NCBI GenBank assembly: GCA_029262065.1
Contig: JAJDAC010000023.1
Coordinates: 3,828 to 67,827 of the forward strand
Reading direction: 5' to 3'
DNA length: 64,000 nt
From: Candidatus Krumholzibacteriota bacterium
GTDB taxonomy: Bacteria > Krumholzibacteriota > Krumholzibacteriia > JAJRXK01
The translations under genes and the position numbers were made by a program. Below are positions 29,059 through 38,366 of this stretch, one piece after another (positions within the stretch are counted from its first letter, which is position 1; the number at the start of each line of letters is the position of its first letter). The notes beneath the pieces were generated by a model. That model saw only the letters and a list, made by a program, of their open reading frames with translations, had not been told where the DNA came from and ran no database searches.

Positions 29059-29889
29059 GTGAGCGCCAAAGTCGCCGTGCTTCAGTTCCCCGGTCTGAAT
29101 TGTGAACGCGAAAGCGTTCGCGTGCTGGAGCGCGTAGGCGTGACGGCCGAGCTGGTGCGATGGAACGCGCCCCGGAACGCATTGGCTGAGTACGCCGGGT
29201 TTCTCATCCCCGGCGGATTCAGCTACCAGGATCGTGTGCGGGCCGGCGCGGTTGCGGCGAAGTCGCCATTGCTGGAGCAGCTGGTGCGTCAGGCCGAGCA
29301 GGGCAAACCCGTGCTGGGCATTTGCAACGGAGCGCAGATTCTGGTCGAAGCGGGCCTGGTGCACGGCGGGGCCGCCGGCACGGCGCGCACCGTCGACGTA
29401 GCGCTGGCCCACAACAACATCGAGGGTCGCGAAGGTTATCTTTGCCGATGGGTGTTCGTGCGCGCCGGTGCCACGGCCCGATGTTTCTTCACCGAGGGAT
29501 TGGACGCGCCGTTTCCGGTTCCCATGGCCCACGGCGAGGGTCGGTTTGTCAGTCGCGACTCGGGTTATCTGGACCGTCTGAACGACCGCGAAGCGCTCGC
29601 GCTCACCTATTGTCAACCCGACGGCGCGCCGGCCCAGGGATTTCCCATGAATCCCAACGGGTCGCCGGGCGCGGTGGCCGGTGCTTCAGGGCTCGACGGT
29701 CAGGTGCTGGCGTTCATGCCGCACCCCGAACGCGCGGCCTGGCTGTGGCAGGTTCCCGAGGACATTGCCGGACCGTGGGGTGAGCGTCGACGGGCCGCGG
29801 TCCGCTCGTTCGAGGCGCTCGACGGTGACGGGCCGGGCATGGCCATGCTTCGCAACTTCGCGCGACTTTCCAAGGGCGGTGTGTCGTGA
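29059..29889 (+). CDS. purQ: Phosphoribosylformylglycinamidine synthase subunit PurQ (glutaminase)
   Basis: VAVLQFPGLNCERE...GFLIPGGFSYQD...PVLGICNGAQIL, a class I GATase triad context. Confidence 0.92.
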   Translation: MSAKVAVLQFPGLNCERESVRVLERVGVTAELVRWNAPRNALAEYAGFLIPGGFSYQDRVRAGAVAAKSPLLEQLVRQAEQGKPVLGICNGAQILVEAGLVHGGAAGTARTVDVALAHNNIEGREGYLCRWVFVRAGATARCFFTEGLDAPFPVPMAHGEGRFVSRDSGYLDRLNDREALALTYCQPDGAPAQGFPMNPNGSPGAVAGASGLDGQVLAFMPHPERAAWLWQVPEDIAGPWGERRRAAVRSFEALDGDGPGMAMLRNFARLSKGGVS

Positions 29890-30509
29890 ACGCCATGGCC
29901 TTGCTCGTGCGGCATCGCTCGGTGGACCTGGTGGCCATGACCGCGCTGCACGCGCTGCGCAGTTCCATGGGCGCTACCGGCTTGATCGACCTGAGGCGGG
30001 ACGATGTGTTCGCGTGGGAAGGCCCCGACCTGGGTGCGCCCGGTGCGTGGATCGAGCGCGCGACGGCCCAGGCCAACTGGTTCAATCCCAACAAGCACCG
30101 CTTCGCCCTCTTCGAGACCGCTCCCGGCGCTCTCGAGGCTGCGCGCACTGACAAGCCGTTTCCCACGCCGTGGTTGGGAGACCTGGTGGCAAGCGATCAT
30201 CCGGCTCTGGAAACCGGGCGATACGGGATCGCCGATTGGCTGGGTCCCCCCGAAGAGGGGTTTGCCGTTACACTCCTGGCGTGGGATCGTGAAATGGGCG
30301 AGGGGTCCTTGCCGGGCCGCCGCTGGCCCGCGGCGCAGACACGCGTCTTGCGGGCCCAGATGTGGACCCTCACGGTGCGCGAAGCGAGCGAGAAGGTCGC
30401 GTTTGAGACAGCCGAGAAACTCGCGATCACGCGAACACGAGACTCTGGACTCCTTGTGCATCCGCACATGGAGGGCTGGTGTTTTCTGCCGACCGGAGCA
30501 ACCGAATGA
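29886..30509 (+). CDS. purS: PurS-like protein, apparently a tandem (duplicated) PurS fold
   Basis: Residues about 1-85 align to PurS (HALRSSMGATGLIDLRRDDVFAWE; NPNKHRFALFE). Residues about 130-200 look like a second, degenerate PurS repeat. The gene overlaps the purQ stop (ATGA) and sits just upstream of purF. Confidence 0.6.
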   Translation: MNAMALLVRHRSVDLVAMTALHALRSSMGATGLIDLRRDDVFAWEGPDLGAPGAWIERATAQANWFNPNKHRFALFETAPGALEAARTDKPFPTPWLGDLVASDHPALETGRYGIADWLGPPEEGFAVTLLAWDREMGEGSLPGRRWPAAQTRVLRAQMWTLTVREASEKVAFETAEKLAITRTRDSGLLVHPHMEGWCFLPTGATE

Positions 30510-31996
30510 GCGCTGAGCCGAACGAATCGCCGGTGGACTCGCGAGCCGATCGCCTGCACGAGGAATGCGGGATCTTCGCGGTTGCCGGGCATCGCGATGC
30601 GGTATCGCTCACGACCATCGGCCTGGCTGCGCTGCAACATCGGGGTCAGGAGTCAGCGGGCATCGCGGTAAGCGATGGGCACGTCGTGAATTCCTACAAG
30701 AACATGGGATACGTGTCCGACGTTCTGACCGACCAAGCCGTCGAGTCGCTTCGGGGTGATCTGGCGATCGGCCATGTTCGCTACAGCACCACCGGAAGCA
30801 GCAATCGGCTGAACGCACAGCCCATCCAGGTGACCTACAAGGCCGGCGGAATGGCCATTGCTCACAATGGCAACCTGGTGAACGCGGCGTCGCTGCGGCG
30901 CGAGATGGAGGTGGCCGGATCCATATTCAATACTACCAACGACAGCGAAGTCATCCTGCACCTGATTGCGCGCAGCCCCCAGGAGACGCTCGATCGCGCG
31001 TTGGCCGAAGCGCTACGCAAGGTCAGCGGCGCCTACTCGCTGTTGCTGATCGACAAGGACAAGGTGGTGGTCGCTCGCGATCCCAAGGGCTTCCGCCCGT
31101 TGTGTCTGGGTCGGTTGGGAGACGCCTGGATTGCCGCCAGCGAAACCTGCGCTCTCGACATCGTGGGGGCCACGTACGAGCGCGACGTGGAGCCGGGTGA
31201 GATCGTCGTGTTGCACAACGATGGCCGGGTCGATACGTATCGCTTTGCCGAAGAGGCTACCGCCGCCATGTGCATCTTCGAGTACGTGTATTTCAGCCGA
31301 CCCGACAGTTACATCTACGGACGTAGCGTGGACAAGGTGCGCCGTCGGCAGGGAGAAATCCTGGGCCGTGAAGCGCCGTGCGACGCCGATGTGGTTATCG
31401 CGGTGCCCGACAGCAGCAATACATCGTCGTTGGGTTACGCCAGCGTCGCGGGATTGCCGTGGGAGTTGGGGCTCATTCGCAACCACTACGTGGGGCGAAC
31501 GTTCATCCGGCCCAGCCAGGCCATCCGGGATCTGTCGGTGCGCAAGAAATACAACCCGGTGCGACACGTGTTGGAGGGCAAGCGGGTGGTCATGGTCGAC
31601 GATTCGATTGTTCGTGGTACCACGATGCGTAAGCTGGTGAAAATGGTTCGGCTGGCGGGCGCGCGCGAGGTGCACCTGCGGATCAGCTCACCGCCCATCA
31701 CCCATCCCTGTCACTACGGCATCGATACGCCAATTCGGCAGGAGCTGATTGCCAGCAGCCATTCGGTCAAACAGATTGCCAGCTACCTGAACGTGGACAG
31801 CCTGGAGTATCTGAGCGTGGCGGGCCTCATGGAATCCGTGCGGACCACCGAAGGATTCTGCCAGGCTTGTTTCACCGGTCAGTATCCGGTGCGATTCGAA
31901 GAGGTAGACAAGAACGTCTTCGAGTCCCCCCAGTCTGGAACTCCGGCGGCGGTAGCCGAGGATCCCTTCAATCCTGGGTCCAAATCGGCCAAATAG
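30506..31996 (+). CDS. purF: Amidophosphoribosyltransferase
   Basis: Ntn-hydrolase CGIFAV after the propeptide. PRTase motif VVMVDDSIVRGTT. C-terminal Cys ligands (CHYGIDTP..., CQACFTGQYP). Confidence 0.93.
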   Translation: MSAEPNESPVDSRADRLHEECGIFAVAGHRDAVSLTTIGLAALQHRGQESAGIAVSDGHVVNSYKNMGYVSDVLTDQAVESLRGDLAIGHVRYSTTGSSNRLNAQPIQVTYKAGGMAIAHNGNLVNAASLRREMEVAGSIFNTTNDSEVILHLIARSPQETLDRALAEALRKVSGAYSLLLIDKDKVVVARDPKGFRPLCLGRLGDAWIAASETCALDIVGATYERDVEPGEIVVLHNDGRVDTYRFAEEATAAMCIFEYVYFSRPDSYIYGRSVDKVRRRQGEILGREAPCDADVVIAVPDSSNTSSLGYASVAGLPWELGLIRNHYVGRTFIRPSQAIRDLSVRKKYNPVRHVLEGKRVVMVDDSIVRGTTMRKLVKMVRLAGAREVHLRISSPPITHPCHYGIDTPIRQELIASSHSVKQIASYLNVDSLEYLSVAGLMESVRTTEGFCQACFTGQYPVRFEEVDKNVFESPQSGTPAAVAEDPFNPGSKSAK

Positions 31997-32427
31997 TCTG
32001 TAATTGGACGTTCTCCGACCGGAAAGCCTTTTCTGGTTCCCTGGTCCATCTCATGGCAGTAGGGGGTGGTCCGAGATGTGCTTTCGGACTATCATGGGAT
32101 GGACCGGCCAGCTACCGAACTGCTGATTGCATAGCAAGGTAGCGGAACCGGACACACGAGGAAGGGTGCCTGAGCCGCTCCGTCGAGCGCGAACGAGCTG
32201 CCCACCAGATCACGATCGTTCCGTCGACGTCGAGTGATTCCTGCGGGAATTCCCCACCCGTCGACTCCGGCCCGCCTTACCCGAAGTGCGGCGGCTCGGT
32301 CCGATACCGGGAACGACGAGGATCTCGTTGCGAGCGCTGGTTCGTCCGCGGACGGTCACGACCTTTTCACCGCTGAATATCTACCGATGGATGAAATATC
32401 CATCGACGAACTGAAACGGGATCGCCC

Positions 32428-34695
32428 GTGAACAATGACCACCCGCGGGTGGCCAACGGGACAAGCCTGGATTCTTCTGCGAGTCATCGGCTCGGTGAAT
32501 TGCTCGACGGTGAGATCTTACCCCGTCTGGAGCGACCGAGCAGGTACGTGGGGCCCTTCGAGCCCAGGGGAATCGTACAACCGGCTGTCCATGCCACCAG
32601 CCTAGCCCTCGTCTGGCCGTCAGTGCCTGAGGGCCACAAACTACCGACCTCGTTGGCACCCCTCACAGCGGCGCTGCGCGTCCGTACCGGCTTGCCCAGC
32701 CCCATAGCTTGCTGTCCCTCCGAAGACCTTCGACGAGAACTCAGCCGCAGCGGCCTACCCTGTTTTACCCGGCCGGCTTGGCGGGACCTTCGCTCGTACT
32801 CCGCCTGGCTGGTCTGGATTGACGAGCCGCTTCAGCTCCTGGGGTTGCTTTCCATCCTGCAGCTTTGCGGCCTGCCGGCCCGTGCCGCCGACCGCTCAGC
32901 CGATGCGCCGAAGTTGTTCCTGACTGGTCCGGGCGTGGCCCTCGCCACCGAGCTGTGTGCCGTGTACGGGCAGCCCATGCCACCGGCCGCGTCGGCGCAG
33001 ACACTGCTGGACGAGATCGCTGGAGCCTCGCACCCGACCCGGTCGATCGCAGGATCAGAAACCGTGATTTCGCCGATCGAATTCGGCGATTCTCCGATCA
33101 ATGGGACGGGCTTCCCCGAAGCGGCCATCGCGACCCGCGTGGTTACCGCGGCCGACCTGGTGCCGCAAGAACCCCACGAAGAATCTGGTGTCACTGAAAT
33201 CCCCCTCTGGGCGGCCAGTCGGCGGTTGCGGGGCGAGCTGGGTCTGGGAACCGACCACCTCGACGAGTGGGTTGATAGGGTTGTTGACGATCCGGCCGGT
33301 CAGATCCACCTGTTGCTGGCTATCGGGCTGCCGGGCGAGACCGACGCCGATCGCGCCAGCGTGGGTCAGCTGATTCACGACCTTCTGGCCAGGCTACCGC
33401 GAACCGCGAAGCAGCTCAGAGTTACCCTGGGTGTCTACGCGCCGAGCGGCCAGGAACTGGCCAATGGCTACATGCCCGCCCCGCCCCATGCGAGCGCGGA
33501 TTGGCTGGGCTCGCTGGGTGACGATCTGCGCCGCCGTAAGGTTCGTCACGCTCTGCCCGATCCCACGGTGGGGTGGACGAATAGTCTGTTGGCCGCGGCG
33601 GGTCCGTCGGCGGCCGAGGCGCTGGGTCGAGTTCATGAGGCGGGGGCCGGTCACGGCGAAACAACCCTGGCGCGAAATCTCGATCTGTGGCACAAAGCGT
33701 TGCAAGTAGATCACTTGTTCGCCGGGCTCGACTCTAGTTCCGACGAACTTTCGACTCTGCCAACCGCCCTCGCGAGGGTTGTGAAGCAGGGCGCATCGAT
33801 CAGTTCCTGGGTTCGCGACGACGCGCATCCGGAGCCGACGGGCTTGGCCCAACCGGCTCCCGCATCGTCGAGGCCCCAACACGACGCGGAGGCGACACGG
33901 CGCGCCCAGCGTCCGGACCCTTCCGGGGGTCGATCCCGCCGTGCCGACGACCGGTGGAAGCGCTGGCAAGCGCTCGCACCTCGCCATTTCGAGTATCGAC
34001 TGGAGTACTCGAAGCGGGGACAAGTGCGATTTCTCGGGCACCGAGAGCTATCGGATCTGATCCTGGAGGCCTGCCGTGGGGCGCAGCTTCCAGTTGCTAC
34101 GGCGGGTATTGTGCAGCCGCGACCGAAGGTTTCCTTCAGTCCGCCGTTGCCGGTCGGTGTCGAGGGCGTGCGCGAATGCGTCGACCTCTGTCTGACGCGG
34201 AAAGAACCCCACATCCAGTCAACGTTGAATGAACAGTTGCCTGAGGGTCTTTGGATTCGAAGAGTCCGTTTCATTCCCTCCGCCACCAGTCGTACAACGC
34301 TGGGCCACGTGGCCCGCGCCGAATACGAGGTGGAGTTGAGCGGAGAACGGGCTCTGGCCGCGGTGCGAGATTGGATCAGCACGCGTGGAACCATGGACCA
34401 AGACGAGGCAGAAACGAAAGAGCACCAGATCTGTACCCTCAACCTGGACGAAACGGGCGAATTGCCGCGGGTGCGCTTCAGCCTGGATCTGACGGTCCCC
34501 CAGGCGAAGCTGCGACCGCTGGAAGTCCTGTCTCTACTGGTGGGCGATCTGGATATCGACATCCGAACTCTACCCATGCGGCGCACGAGCCTACTGGTCT
34601 CTCGCAACGAGGGCGATTCCCCGTTCTGTACCCCAATGGAACAGGTAGAACACGCCTATCGGCAAATGCGAGCCCGAGCCAAGCTCTGTGCCTGA
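32428..34695 (+). CDS. Fusion of a degenerate, Cys-less radical-SAM-like domain (TIGR03960-like) to DUF2344 (TIGR03936-like)
   Basis: GTG start. The N-terminal LERPSRYVGPFEP..ALVWPSVPEGHKLPTSL...LFLTGPGVAL and LLLAIGLPGETDADR follow the TIGR03960 layout. No CxxxCxxC is present anywhere in the protein. The C-terminal 220 aa (RFLGHRELSDLILEACRGAQLPVATAGIVQPRPKVSFSPPLPVGVEGVRECVDL...) resemble DUF2344. The stop overlaps the rne start. Confidence 0.7.
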   Translation: MNNDHPRVANGTSLDSSASHRLGELLDGEILPRLERPSRYVGPFEPRGIVQPAVHATSLALVWPSVPEGHKLPTSLAPLTAALRVRTGLPSPIACCPSEDLRRELSRSGLPCFTRPAWRDLRSYSAWLVWIDEPLQLLGLLSILQLCGLPARAADRSADAPKLFLTGPGVALATELCAVYGQPMPPAASAQTLLDEIAGASHPTRSIAGSETVISPIEFGDSPINGTGFPEAAIATRVVTAADLVPQEPHEESGVTEIPLWAASRRLRGELGLGTDHLDEWVDRVVDDPAGQIHLLLAIGLPGETDADRASVGQLIHDLLARLPRTAKQLRVTLGVYAPSGQELANGYMPAPPHASADWLGSLGDDLRRRKVRHALPDPTVGWTNSLLAAAGPSAAEALGRVHEAGAGHGETTLARNLDLWHKALQVDHLFAGLDSSSDELSTLPTALARVVKQGASISSWVRDDAHPEPTGLAQPAPASSRPQHDAEATRRAQRPDPSGGRSRRADDRWKRWQALAPRHFEYRLEYSKRGQVRFLGHRELSDLILEACRGAQLPVATAGIVQPRPKVSFSPPLPVGVEGVRECVDLCLTRKEPHIQSTLNEQLPEGLWIRRVRFIPSATSRTTLGHVARAEYEVELSGERALAAVRDWISTRGTMDQDEAETKEHQICTLNLDETGELPRVRFSLDLTVPQAKLRPLEVLSLLVGDLDIDIRTLPMRRTSLLVSRNEGDSPFCTPMEQVEHAYRQMRARAKLCA

Positions 34696-37600
34696 AGCAA
34701 GTGAGAACATGCACAACGAAATCATCATCAACTCCACCGTCAATGAAGTCCGTATTGGACTCATGGAAGACAATGAACTGGTGGAAGTCTCGGTCGAGCG
34801 TTCCGACGGCAAGCGTGTCGTCGGCAACGTATACAAAGGCGTAGTCACCGCGGTTCGTCCCGGACTGCAGGCTGCCTTTGTCGACATTGGAATGGAAAAG
34901 GCCGGCTTCCTGCACGTGAGCGATCTCGTGCACGAAGACAGCAACGAAGACGACGATCCGCCCCCCAGCGCTGGCCGCGGTGGCCGAGGCCGTCCCCCCG
35001 CACGCGGTGGCCGGATGCGCGGGCGCGGTCGTTCGCGCGACCCAATCCGCCCGATTGAAACCCTCATTCGTGAGGGCGACGAGATCCTGGTGCAGGTGAC
35101 CAAAGAGGTCATCGGGACCAAGGGCCCGCGCCTGACGGCCGACATCAGCATGCCGGGACGCTTTCTGGTCATGATGCCCAAGGGCACGCACGTCGGCGTG
35201 AGCCGCAAGATCGAAGATCGCCGTGAGCGGGCCCGGCTGCGGGACCTCCTGTCACGGCTGCGTCCCAAGGGCAGCAAAGAGGCGTACATCATCCGCACCG
35301 CGGGTATTGGCATCGAAGAAAAGATGCTGCAACGCGACATGGAGCACCTGCACGGCCTGTGGCAGTCGCTTGAGCGCAATTCACAGGAGATGAAGGCGCC
35401 GGCGCTGATCCACGAAGACGTGGGCTCGGTCGTGGGTCTGGTGCGCGATATCTTCAAGGAAGACATCAACGCGCTGTGGATCGACAACAAGGACGACTAC
35501 GAAGCGCTCATGCGCTACGTGAAGACGTTCTCGCCCGAGTTGAAGGACCGACTGCGGTTCTACGAGGGCGATGTGCCCATCTTCGACAAGTTCGGCATCG
35601 AAGCCGAAATCAAGAAGAGCCTGGATCGCAAGGTCTGGCTCAGGCGTGGGGGCTTCCTGGTGGTCGAACAGACCGAGGCCATGGTCACCATCGACGTCAA
35701 CACCGGGCGCTACACGGGCAAGAAGAACCAGGAAGAGACCATCTTCCGGACCAACATGCTCGCCGCGCGCGAGGTGCCGCGCCAGCTTCGCCTACGCGAT
35801 ATCGGTGGCATTATCGTCATCGACTTCATCGACATGGAGAGCGAGTCCGATCGCCGCAAGGTGCTCAACGAGTTGCGTACGTACCTCCGGCGTGACCGCA
35901 GTCGCACCAAGACATTTGGCGTGAGCGAGCTGGGTCTGGTGGAAATGAGCCGCCAACGCGTGCGCGAGAGCCTCAAGGACCAGCTCAGCGATCACTGCCC
36001 GTTCTGTCGTGGAACCGGTCAGGTGCTCTCGCTCGAGACGCTTTCGAACAAGGTCGAGCTCCTGCTCACCAAGGTCAACTACAAGACCCGCGAAAAGGAA
36101 ATCCAGATCGTGGCCAACCCTTCGTTGGCCATGGCCCTTCTGGATGATCGCTGGGCCGCCGTTTCCGGAATCGCCAAAGAGTACGGTTTCCGTTTGGACG
36201 TAATCGACGATCCCCGTTTACACCGCGAAGAGTTCCAGATTCGCGCGCTGAAATCGCAAAAGGACCTGGTGCCCGAGCTGGAGGCTTCGGACAAGAAGAA
36301 CGACGGCTATTCCGACGCAAGCCGTCGGGGACGCGGTGAGGCTCGCGCTGATCGATCGCAGAGCACCGATCGTGGTCGCGGCGGTCGTGACCGCGGACCT
36401 CGCGAAGAAGAGGCAGAAGATCGCGGACGCGGACGCCGACGTCGCCGAGGCGCCGAGGGTTCCGAGCGCGATGGCGGACGCGGTCGCTCGGCCAGCGGAA
36501 CCGGTAGAGGTCAACAGGGTGATCAGGACTCGCGCCCCGACTCGCGTGACTCGCGCGGATCTCGCGATTCCCGCAGCTCGCAGGGTTCGCGTAGTTCGCA
36601 GGGTTCGCGTAGTTCGCAGGATTCCCGCGGTTCGCAAGGGTCGACCGATTCGCAGAGCTCGTCGCGTGACAGCCAACGCGGAGCCCCACGGGATCGAGAC
36701 CGGGGCGCGGAATCGCCGCGCGGTGATCGCGGGGCCAGCGAAGTAGCTTCCTCCGAATCGTCCGACGGTTCGCGTCGCCGTCGCCGGCGTCGGCGGGGCC
36801 GGGGCCGAGGCGGGCGATCTGAAGAGGTCGCCACCGGAGCGGCGACAGGCGCCAACGCCGGGAACCGGTCGGACTCGTCGGCGCAGGGCGACCGCGCTCA
36901 ACGTGACGATCGACCCGCCAGGGCGGACCGAGTGGACCGCGAAGACCGTGGTCGATCCGAACGGGTAGACAAGCCCGAGCGGGGAGACAAGCCCGAGCGG
37001 GGAGACAGGCCCGAGCGGGGAGACAGGCCCGAGCGGGTAAGCCGGACCGAGCGCGGCGATCGCTACCGAAGCGATAGAGAGCGCGACGCGGCCCAGGTTT
37101 CGACCGACCGCAATGAACAGAGCGAGGGAGAGACCAGGGGTCGACGCACGTCGCGCGTTCGTCGCGGAGGCCGCTCGGCCGAAGCCGAAGACACCGGACG
37201 TAGCCGAGAGAACGTGGCGGAGGGTGTCCCGGCCGAAGAACGCGCGGTGGAACGTTCCGTCGAGCACGTCGTCGAATCGACGCTGTCAGAAGGCACGGCG
37301 CCAACGCCCGAAGCGACGGAGCGTCACCCACGCGACACCGAGGAAAACACGCAGCGCCGTCGCCGCCGCTCGCGGCGTGGAGGCGTTCGTTCGCGTGGTT
37401 CTTCGTCTGATGATTCTTCGGGTAGTGCGCCGGTCGAGGACAAACCTCGCACACCGTCGCCGCAGGATACACCGCGCCGTGATGGTGGCGCCGCCGCTGG
37501 CCCCGCCGACGCGGCTCCTACGCCGCCCCCGGAGCCAGCTCCCAGTGGAGGCTCCAGCTCAGATCAGCCGCGTCGTCGCCGTCGTCGCCGTCGTCGCACG

Positions 37601-37705
37601 TCATCTACGACCCGCAACAGTGGTGATTCCCCGAAGAGTGAGTCCGAGAAGAAAGACGCGCCCTCGCCGCCGCTGGCCATGAGTGCCGACGGAGAGGGCA
37701 AGTAA
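34688..37705 (+). CDS. rne: Ribonuclease E with a long Arg/Ser/Asp/Gly-rich disordered C-terminal domain
   Basis: N-terminal S1 and catalytic core (MHNEIIINSTVNEVRIGLMEDNELVEV...; Zn-link CPFCRGTG). Beyond about residue 515 the sequence is low-complexity with RS/SQG and DKPERG repeats, as in degradosome-scaffold RNase E. Confidence 0.9.
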   Translation: MPEASENMHNEIIINSTVNEVRIGLMEDNELVEVSVERSDGKRVVGNVYKGVVTAVRPGLQAAFVDIGMEKAGFLHVSDLVHEDSNEDDDPPPSAGRGGRGRPPARGGRMRGRGRSRDPIRPIETLIREGDEILVQVTKEVIGTKGPRLTADISMPGRFLVMMPKGTHVGVSRKIEDRRERARLRDLLSRLRPKGSKEAYIIRTAGIGIEEKMLQRDMEHLHGLWQSLERNSQEMKAPALIHEDVGSVVGLVRDIFKEDINALWIDNKDDYEALMRYVKTFSPELKDRLRFYEGDVPIFDKFGIEAEIKKSLDRKVWLRRGGFLVVEQTEAMVTIDVNTGRYTGKKNQEETIFRTNMLAAREVPRQLRLRDIGGIIVIDFIDMESESDRRKVLNELRTYLRRDRSRTKTFGVSELGLVEMSRQRVRESLKDQLSDHCPFCRGTGQVLSLETLSNKVELLLTKVNYKTREKEIQIVANPSLAMALLDDRWAAVSGIAKEYGFRLDVIDDPRLHREEFQIRALKSQKDLVPELEASDKKNDGYSDASRRGRGEARADRSQSTDRGRGGRDRGPREEEAEDRGRGRRRRRGAEGSERDGGRGRSASGTGRGQQGDQDSRPDSRDSRGSRDSRSSQGSRSSQGSRSSQDSRGSQGSTDSQSSSRDSQRGAPRDRDRGAESPRGDRGASEVASSESSDGSRRRRRRRRGRGRGGRSEEVATGAATGANAGNRSDSSAQGDRAQRDDRPARADRVDREDRGRSERVDKPERGDKPERGDRPERGDRPERVSRTERGDRYRSDRERDAAQVSTDRNEQSEGETRGRRTSRVRRGGRSAEAEDTGRSRENVAEGVPAEERAVERSVEHVVESTLSEGTAPTPEATERHPRDTEENTQRRRRRSRRGGVRSRGSSSDDSSGSAPVEDKPRTPSPQDTPRRDGGAAAGPADAAPTPPPEPAPSGGSSSDQPRRRRRRRRRTSSTTRNSGDSPKSESEKKDAPSPPLAMSADGEGK
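36527..36672 (+). repeat. Tandem 18-bp repeats inside the rne CTD encoding (S-Q-G-S-R-S)n
   Basis: cagggttcgcgtagttcg occurs twice exactly and is flanked by degenerate copies. Confidence 0.7.
36968..37039 (+). repeat. Four tandem 18-bp repeats inside the rne CTD encoding (D-[KR]-P-E-R-G)4
   Basis: gacaagcccgagcgggga, gacaagcccgagcgggga, gacaggcccgagcgggga and gacaggcccgagcgggta. Confidence 0.8.
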
Positions 37706-37706
37706 C

Positions 37707-38366
37707 CTAGGGCTGTTGATCCTGGGAGAACAACGGTAGTTCTCCGTCCCGCCGCCCTCCGGCCCCAGCGTTCCGCGCTGGGGCCGCGTTGTTTTGGGGT
37801 TCGGCCATGCCCACGCGAGCACCTACGCTGGTGACGTCGCCGAAGGTCTCGGCGTGTTCCAGTGCCTCCAGGTAGCCCAAAGCACGCTCGAGTTTGGGGT
37901 CTCGCGCCAGTAGTTTCTGGAACCGGGGTCCATGATTGAACACCACCAGGTGGATCAACTCGTGCAGAAGAAGGTGGCGAATTACCCAGCGTGGGTGACC
38001 CATCAGTCGATTGGTGATGCGGATGTGGCCGAACTGCCCGTCGAATGTGCAGCTTCCCCAGCGTTTCTTCTGACGGGCGCTGAACTCGACGCGGAAGGGC
38101 GGAAGTTGTAGCTCGGGTAGGAGCTCGTGCGCCACGGACTCGGCTTCGTCGAGCAGGTCACCCAGGGTCCAGACCGACTTGCGGCGAAGGGTTTGCCACA
38201 GTTGTGCGCGCAGCGAGGTCAGTACCTCGCGCAGGTCAGTCAGATTCATCCGATTCGGCGCGCGGGCCACCAGTGCGCCGTCTTCCAGGGTCAGCTCAAC
38301 CGATCGACGACGGCCTCGGAGTATCTTGATTTCGGCGGGGAACGGATCAGTTCCTTCTAGCTTCAC
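37707..38366 (-). CDS. YgjP-like metal-dependent hydrolase (DUF45/SprT-like fold)
   Basis: HELIHLVVFNHGPRF zinc motif in a YgjP/DUF45 context. The gene is convergent with rne with no intergenic gap. Confidence 0.8.
   Translation of the reverse strand: MKLEGTDPFPAEIKILRGRRRSVELTLEDGALVARAPNRMNLTDLREVLTSLRAQLWQTLRRKSVWTLGDLLDEAESVAHELLPELQLPPFRVEFSARQKKRWGSCTFDGQFGHIRITNRLMGHPRWVIRHLLLHELIHLVVFNHGPRFQKLLARDPKLERALGYLEALEHAETFGDVTSVGARVGMAEPQNNAAPARNAGAGGRRDGELPLFSQDQQP

Noticed and set aside
32234-32431. 65-aa ORF in the long leader upstream of the rSAM-like gene.
   Set aside because: No homology and no obvious RBS. It is noted only as a possible leader peptide in the findings.
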